In this document: piece after piece, positions 26,804-32,000 of the stretch
How positions within the stretch are numbered: the first letter of the stretch is position 1
Layout: the number at the start of each line of letters is the position of its first letter
Assembly (NCBI RefSeq): GCF_000237865.1
Contig: NC_017459.1
Span: forward strand, 1,050,001-1,082,000
Length of the DNA: 32,000 nt
Source: Haloquadratum walsbyi C23
GTDB taxonomy: Archaea; Halobacteriota; Halobacteria; Halobacteriales; Haloferacaceae
Reading direction: 5' to 3'
Position numbers and translations under genes: made by a program
Notes under the pieces: generated by a model
Databases searched by the model: none
What the model saw: only the letters and a program-made list of their open reading frames with translations
What the model was told of the DNA's origin: nothing

Positions 26804-27478
26804 ATGTCAAGTAAAGCGAGCCTTGAAACGGAGTTAGCGGTTGTTTCGGGATTTGAGTCTCCTCAGATTAAACTTGAGCAATATCCCACACCACCTGAGA
26901 TTGCTGCTCATGTCATCCATATCGCTGATCTTCAAGATGACATTATTGATCGAACTATTATCGACCTCGGCACTGGGACTGGAATGTTGGCTCTTGGGGC
27001 AGCATTCCGAGGTCCTAATCAAATTATTGGCATTGATATAGATCGGTCAGCACTCCAGATAGCACAGACAAATCAATCTCGTGTCGGTACAACAGCTAGC
27101 ATTGAATGGATCCTGGCGGATGCAACACAATTGTCTTTTCATTCACAGGCGATACAAAACAGCGACCCTGTAACTGTTGTGATGAATCCACCATTTGGCG
27201 CACAACATGGGCAGAAACACACAGATCGAGCCTTCCTTACAACAGCGGCACGGATTGCAGATGTATCATATTCAATCCATAATAGTGGGTCACAGTCATT
27301 TATTGAATCTTTCGTCGCCGATGAAGGCGGAATAATAACACATGCGTTTGAGGCATCATTTACTCTCAATCGCCAATTTGAGTTTCATGATGCTAGCTCA
27401 ACGAATATTGACACGGAAGTCTATCGAATCAACTGGACTGATACTGATATAACTGTGAGTAACTCCACTGAGGAATAG
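26804..27478 (+). CDS. METTL5-like class-I SAM-dependent (N6-adenine type) RNA methyltransferase (COG2263)
   Basis: LEQYPTP, DLGTGTGMLALGA, GIDID and VVMNPPFG (the NPPF catalytic motif). Confidence 0.8.
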   Translation: MSSKASLETELAVVSGFESPQIKLEQYPTPPEIAAHVIHIADLQDDIIDRTIIDLGTGTGMLALGAAFRGPNQIIGIDIDRSALQIAQTNQSRVGTTASIEWILADATQLSFHSQAIQNSDPVTVVMNPPFGAQHGQKHTDRAFLTTAARIADVSYSIHNSGSQSFIESFVADEGGIITHAFEASFTLNRQFEFHDASSTNIDTEVYRINWTDTDITVSNSTEE

Positions 27479-27529
27479 ACTCACATACGCCATACTCACA
27501 GTCATATTTTTGCGCTCAAGCCTGAGACT

Positions 27530-27950
27530 GACATCCTCCCGCGTGTGAAGACCTGTCTTTTACTTATGAGTCATCCCGACGAGATGGACGGGGCGAAGCA
27601 GTAAAAATTGCTTTTATTGTCGGGATTTGGAAGTCTCATCCCGAGCAGCCGGGTATGCCAACGACAAGTTGCCCTGGTTTGAGCAGCCCCTGTAGCCCGA
27701 TTAGCAACCCTGGTCGGCGTATTATAGTGATTAGTTCGAATAGTTTCACCGGCGGTGTCGAATAACGCGGGTTCAGCGTCTCCTATCACCGACACGAATA
27801 ATCACGGCGGTAAGGACTCGCACTAATACTATCAGTCATCAGGATATGTCTCAAATCCTCCTCAACAGCGGCTCAAACGACATGGTGGGATGCTGTGAAG
27901 TTATGAGTAAGGGACAGGCCTGAAGATCAGGTATTCTTTGTATTCTAAAG
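27530..27950 (+). repeat. Panhandle non-autonomous element, type 1, second copy, interrupted by a nested MITE
   Basis: Collinear with 7351-7660. The 115-bp block at 27721-27835 is absent from the other copy. No target-site duplication is visible. Confidence 0.8.
27721..27835 (-). mobile_element. ~115-bp TIR MITE, second copy, nested in the panhandle element
   Basis: The reverse complement matches 3401-3516 at about 90% by eye. TIRs are TATAGTGATTAGT / ACTAATACTATCA. Confidence 0.75.
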
Positions 27951-27965
27951 GAAACAGCGAGAGTT

Positions 27966-27987
27966 CCACGGGTCACCTGACCCGTGG
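27966..27987. terminator. Perfect 10-bp inverted repeat (CCACGGGTCA cc TGACCCGTGG); possible bidirectional terminator or protein-binding palindrome
   Basis: Read directly from the sequence. It lies between the convergent 3' ends (27478 + and 28053 -). Only a weak T-run (TCGTTT) follows it. Confidence 0.3.
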
Positions 27988-28052
27988 TCGTTTACTGCGG
28001 CGCAGATCTTGCTCATCGGTTCTGCGATATATTGGTTTTTAATCGCTTGAAA

Positions 28053-29858
28053 CTAATTATATGTTTCTGCTTCGAACAGTGCAATTCGGGTCTGCTCATA
28101 CGAGACATAGATTATTTTTGATTTTCGTTCGAACTGCAACCCACTGATAGTCACTGAGGTATTTGTTGGTGGGAGTGGTGCTGTTTTCGTTCGATTTGAT
28201 GCATTTACTCGGAGTTCGTATGTCGTTTTTTTTGGTACAATCGTGACGGTTTTATTCGCAAGTTGTGGTGCCGCGGTAACTGGGTCTGAAAGATATAGAA
28301 CTGTTTGACTCCGTAATTGTTTATTTGTCTTATCGGCATCTCCATTTGTCGTGGGTGCATTCCCAATCGAGGCGTTGACTCGATATGCGGTCCCATTTCC
28401 ACCTGCCGTCCAGCCAGTTCGGCTGATATGTACCGGTGTTCGCCAGCCTGGTCCTCCAAGCGAAACAGTTGATTGCCCAGCAAACGCTAATCGACCTGTT
28501 GAAACTGCTGTTGTCCAAATACCGCGATCAGCGCTTTGAATGATCACTCCCGAGGTGGTGACTGTTGTCGTCTCACCAAAGGCTGTCAAATTAAATGCGG
28601 AGACAAGCCCATTTTCAACCCCTTCTGCGTATGTCAGCTTATAATCTCGGACGACAACTGTGTCGCCTGGCAATGACTCATTATCAGTTGTGTACAGGTT
28701 ATATGGAATCGCCGGTCCGGCGAGTGCAGCGGTCGTAATTAGAAGGACCCCGGTAGCTACTCGCCACTTTCCGTTGAGACCATGGTTTTCATTTTTATTA
28801 TCACGCGAGACAGGTGGACCTGTATCTGTATTTGTGCTTGTGCCTGCGTGTACACGTGTATTTAGATTTGTCATGACAGCAATCGTGACAACAACTGCGA
28901 GTATAATCACAAGCGCCACGCCAACTGCTCGGTAAAGAACATATGTATCTCCGCCTCGATACCAATATACCGCCCACAGTGACTGCTGAATCCCAACAAG
29001 CACGACTCCAACCCAGAGTCGAAGAGCACGTGGACGCGATTGTTCATCTAGTTGTCGTGAACGAATAACGACAAGCCCAAGTAACACGCCCATAAGCAAC
29101 CCAAGCGCATGTCCTTGAATAGCGATATCAGCCCACCATGGCGAAAGATACGCTGACCGACCACCAGCAGTGAGTGTGGGCGACTGCACAGCAGTTATAA
29201 ACACCCCGATTGCATCAGCACCTATCAGCGCTAATGCCGTCCCAAGTGGGTATATAATCACTGCAAACCCAACGAAGGCAAATACAACTCCTGAAAATCC
29301 AATGACCGGACCTAGTCCAAAGACGGTCCCAATAAGACCGACAATCACAGCAGTACACGGTACAGCAAGAACACGGGCATATGGATTCATCCTTATCGAA
29401 CTATATGAAGATGACTGTGCTCGGCGTGCATGTGGGAAGTGACCCCATGCGTATTCAGCGAGCGGTGCAACAGCAAGCGTTCCAAAGAGATTTCCAAGCA
29501 AGTGCCCGGGACCGTTGTGTGTGAATGCTGCTGTCAGCATTCCAAGTGGATAAAAATATGACCATGCACGAAATGGAATTGTAATCGGACGACGCCAGTG
29601 CGTCAAGCCATCCTGAAGAAAAAGATACACCAGGCTGACAAATACAATCGTGAGGATCGTTCCCCACGGAATGCCTAGAATAAATCGATCTTGAAGCTGT
29701 ATGCCACTATGACCGTGGTCATCATTACCATGTGTCTGCGTTCGTCTAATCCAGACAATCGTGAGCACAGCTATGGCTGTAACAGCAATAACGACAAGAC
29801 GCTGGAGCGTTGGAGGGGATAAAAAGCCTAGTTGATACACCACAGCTGTGTTCCTCAA
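28053..29858 (-). CDS. Rhomboid-family intramembrane serine protease fused to a ~230-aa C-terminal extracytoplasmic domain
   Basis: WR loop (THWRRP), HNGPGHLLGN (HxxxxHxxxN), GFSGVVFAF (GxSG) and GHALGLLMG. After a further TM segment the tail is Thr/Val/Asn-rich. The start is uncertain: TTG at 29858, or GTG at 29843/29840. Confidence 0.8.
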   Translation of the reverse strand: MRNTAVVYQLGFLSPPTLQRLVVIAVTAIAVLTIVWIRRTQTHGNDDHGHSGIQLQDRFILGIPWGTILTIVFVSLVYLFLQDGLTHWRRPITIPFRAWSYFYPLGMLTAAFTHNGPGHLLGNLFGTLAVAPLAEYAWGHFPHARRAQSSSYSSIRMNPYARVLAVPCTAVIVGLIGTVFGLGPVIGFSGVVFAFVGFAVIIYPLGTALALIGADAIGVFITAVQSPTLTAGGRSAYLSPWWADIAIQGHALGLLMGVLLGLVVIRSRQLDEQSRPRALRLWVGVVLVGIQQSLWAVYWYRGGDTYVLYRAVGVALVIILAVVVTIAVMTNLNTRVHAGTSTNTDTGPPVSRDNKNENHGLNGKWRVATGVLLITTAALAGPAIPYNLYTTDNESLPGDTVVVRDYKLTYAEGVENGLVSAFNLTAFGETTTVTTSGVIIQSADRGIWTTAVSTGRLAFAGQSTVSLGGPGWRTPVHISRTGWTAGGNGTAYRVNASIGNAPTTNGDADKTNKQLRSQTVLYLSDPVTAAPQLANKTVTIVPKKTTYELRVNASNRTKTAPLPPTNTSVTISGLQFERKSKIIYVSYEQTRIALFEAETYN

Positions 29859-29876
29859 CCGTTAACCGGTCATAAT

Positions 29877-30155
29877 TCAGAGTTTTCCTTCAGCGTCCTC
29901 AGCTAACTCTTTCATTCGTTTTCCAACACGACCAGCATTAGAGAATTCATCTTCACTCATGACTGTAGCAAGCGCATTCCCAAGGACAAATACTGCATGT
30001 TTGTGTTCACTCTTTGATTTATGTACATGCGATGGATTGACATCGAGGTTATCATATGTCTCAAAAAGATTATCATCAACGCTCTCACGTCCAGCGAAAT
30101 TTTGTTTAATCGTTAGCATCTGCTCATGCAGTTCTAGTAGTTCATCCTTGTGCAT
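29877..30155 (-). CDS. UPF0058-family small protein
   Basis: MHKDELLELHEQML...HKSKSEHKHAVF. I took the ATG at residue 20 of the tracked ORF. The family assignment is from memory. Confidence 0.55.
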   Translation of the reverse strand: MHKDELLELHEQMLTIKQNFAGRESVDDNLFETYDNLDVNPSHVHKSKSEHKHAVFVLGNALATVMSEDEFSNAGRVGKRMKELAEDAEGKL

Positions 30156-30212
30156 ACGTATTGATACAACAGAGCGAAATTTAAGGGTTGTTGGTGATTT
30201 ATGCCACACCAA

Positions 30213-30422
30213 TTAAAAGACGTACTCGTCTTCGTGACCCATCATACCATCATCTTCGAATCGATCCTCATCATCCATCGGTCCACTTGTTTTAAATGCT
30301 CGAATACCAGTTGAGAGGAGTTCCTCAATTGCTTCTTCACGATCGACGAACTCATCCTTATCGACAAGTTGTGCAATCTGCGTTTCGAGATGCTCGGGGA
30401 CGTTAATATCTACATTTGGCAT
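30213..30422 (-). CDS. Ribbon-helix-helix (CopG-like) small protein with an acidic tail
   Basis: 69 aa. NVDINVPEHLETQIAQLVDKDEFVDREEAIEELL fits a beta-alpha-alpha RHH pattern. Confidence 0.55.
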   Translation of the reverse strand: MPNVDINVPEHLETQIAQLVDKDEFVDREEAIEELLSTGIRAFKTSGPMDDEDRFEDDGMMGHEDEYVF

Positions 30423-30753
30423 CTGAGTATTCGGTCTTTGAATCGGGTTTATTTAAACCCTACGCCAGTAATTTTCGATTGAGAGAGCTTTCGTTTTCAA
30501 TAAGAAATATATAAATTTCCATTCTACCAGAATAGTTTGTAAAATCAATAGCTAAGCACGCAGAATCAAAAACCTGCTCAATAATCTCTATGTAATCATG
30601 TGAGCTATTTTCACCCAGTATTATAATTCCTTTGTCGAATCTCCATTTGCTGAGAGATGATGAGATATAGCTAATATATGAGATATATCCTGACTAATAG
30701 GCTATTGTATGACCACGATAGTCAGGTAAAAGAGGATGAAAACCTGAATACAA

Positions 30754-32000
30754 ATGATGGAATCACGCCAGACCAGACTTGACGATGTCACTCTCGTCAG
30801 TCGGTCAGCCCGCATTCCCTCATTGTCATCTTCAGTTCGGGATATATTTGATATTGCAACCTCACCTCGAGTTGTCTGGAGTGCACCAGACGAGACAACA
30901 GTGCTTGGAAGTGGTGCTGCAGCGACGATTGTTGCCACAGGCTCTGATCGATTTGAGTCTGTCCGTGATGCTGCTGAATCGCTGTTTAGTACCGGTGATG
31001 TCCATGCAGGGAGTGAGGTCGCTCGCCCCCGTCTTTTTGGTGGTTTTGCCTTCCATGCTGAACGCGCAGATAGCAAGCCATGGAAGCAGTTCCCCAATGC
31101 ACAATTTATTTTTCCGCGAGTACAGATAACATGGTCAACAGACACGCATACCGAGACAGACACCGCTGATAATGATTCACATGCGTGGATAACAGTCAAT
31201 GCTGTGGATCCCGGTGCGACACCTGATGCTGTTGAGTATCGATTGAGTCAGGAAATTGAGCGAGTAAAAACGCTTGAGTCAACAAACAATTCTCGATCTC
31301 CGCCAGGTGTCACATGCCGTCATCGACGCACATCCCGGGACGCATGGAATCGTGGCGTCACTGCAGCTATTAATCGAATTTCTGCTGATAATCTCCAAAA
31401 AGTTGTTCTTGCACAGGCACTCGAAGTTGAACTTGAGGAGACACCAGTGCTTGGTGATATTATTACCCGTCTCGGTGAGCACTATCCCTCGTGTTACCGG
31501 TTTATCATCGAACCGGTACCCGACACACCGGTCGACCAGAGAATACATACAGATGTTAATGCAATGACTACAGTAGGGTCTGAGGATATACACAATACGT
31601 CTCAGTCCCCGGCTTTCTTCGGGGCAACGCCAGAACGACTCGTCTCTGTTCGTGGTCGCACCGTTGAGACTGGTGCACTTGCTGGGACAACTGGTCGTGG
31701 CGAAACGACCGCTGAAGATGAATGGCTTGCTGCAGAACTTGCACGCGATGAAAAAAATGTTCATGAACACGAACTTGTTGCTGAGACAATTCGTGAACAA
31801 CTTTCGCCGTATGCAACTGCTATCACAAGTGATTCTCGACGCGTTCGCAAACTGGCGACCGTTCAACATCTGTGGACGCCAATCACCGCGACTCTTGAAG
31901 AGCATAAACATGCACTTTCACTCGTTGAAGCATTACATCCAACACCGGCGGTAGGAGGACTCCCACCAACAACGGCTGCTGAGACGATTCGCGAGACAGA
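30754..32000 (+). CDS. menF: Isochorismate synthase, 5' part (continues beyond the window)
   Basis: The frame (position mod 3 = 1) is open from ATGATG at 30754 to the window end, so it is absent from the ORF track. It translates to ...PAFFGATPERLVSV...ALAGTTGRG...EHELV...VQHLWTPI...ALHPTPAVGGLP. Confidence 0.85.
   Translation, partial: MMESRQTRLDDVTLVSRSARIPSLSSSVRDIFDIATSPRVVWSAPDETTVLGSGAAATIVATGSDRFESVRDAAESLFSTGDVHAGSEVARPRLFGGFAFHAERADSKPWKQFPNAQFIFPRVQITWSTDTHTETDTADNDSHAWITVNAVDPGATPDAVEYRLSQEIERVKTLESTNNSRSPPGVTCRHRRTSRDAWNRGVTAAINRISADNLQKVVLAQALEVELEETPVLGDIITRLGEHYPSCYRFIIEPVPDTPVDQRIHTDVNAMTTVGSEDIHNTSQSPAFFGATPERLVSVRGRTVETGALAGTTGRGETTAEDEWLAAELARDEKNVHEHELVAETIREQLSPYATAITSDSRRVRKLATVQHLWTPITATLEEHKHALSLVEALHPTPAVGGLPPTTAAETIRET

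Noticed and set aside
27951-27960. The flanks after the two type-1 copies (CTGTTTC at 7661 and GAAACAG at 27951) are reverse complements
   Set aside because: This is only 7 nt with no extended similarity, and is most likely coincidence.
30702-31911. Two long minus-strand ORFs (30702-31199 and 31279-31911)
   Set aside because: They are antisense shadows of menF. The menF + frame is open to the window end and carries diagnostic chorismate-binding motifs. The antisense products are basic and Cys-rich.
1-32000. CRISPR arrays, tRNA genes, rRNA genes, integrase or transposase genes
   Set aside because: I saw no regularly spaced direct repeats, no T-arm/D-arm consensus (the GTTCGAA hits lie in the MITEs or in coding DNA), no rRNA-like tracts, and no transposase- or TnpB-like ORF. 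All the mobile DNA here appears non-autonomous.

Overview
Archaeal (TFB, Tat lipobox) and halophilic (very acidic proteins) chromosome segment. The DNA looks unusually AT-rich for a haloarchaeon, judged by eye. That fits Haloquadratum walsbyi or a close relative, which is an inference and not a search result.

There are about 30 protein genes, mostly housekeeping:
- folA, msrA, and proC-proB-proA
- a formamidase-family amidase, a SAMP-like beta-grasp protein and a MATE exporter
- a MrfA/YprA-like DUF1998 helicase next to a YprB/MrfB-like RNase-H-fold exonuclease
- a degenerate HflX paralogue, an HtrA protease and a GcvT-family protein
- two short HTH_10 regulators, a class-V aminotransferase and a Brp/Blh oxygenase
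- a cold-shock protein, TFB, a METTL5-like methyltransferase and a rhomboid fusion protein
- an RHH + UPF0058 pair and the 5' part of menF, which runs off the window

I saw no rRNA, tRNA or CRISPR array.

The intergenic space is the unusual part. It holds at least three families of non-autonomous repeats:
- a ~310-bp panhandle element, in two full copies, a type-2 variant, a 47-bp ends-only copy and solo right-end fragments
- a ~115-bp TIR MITE, once nested in the panhandle element and once supplying the proB stop codon
- two GC-rich structured islands that share three collinear blocks, including a 44-nt palindrome

Best candidates for undescribed biology:
- the helicase/exonuclease pair together with the divergent pseudo-GTPase (HflX-like) genes
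- the strand-specific panhandle elements, which may be an IS200/IS605-derived, omega-RNA-like cargo
- the GG-plus-tail SAMP-like protein

All family assignments come from motif recognition by eye. No searches were run.
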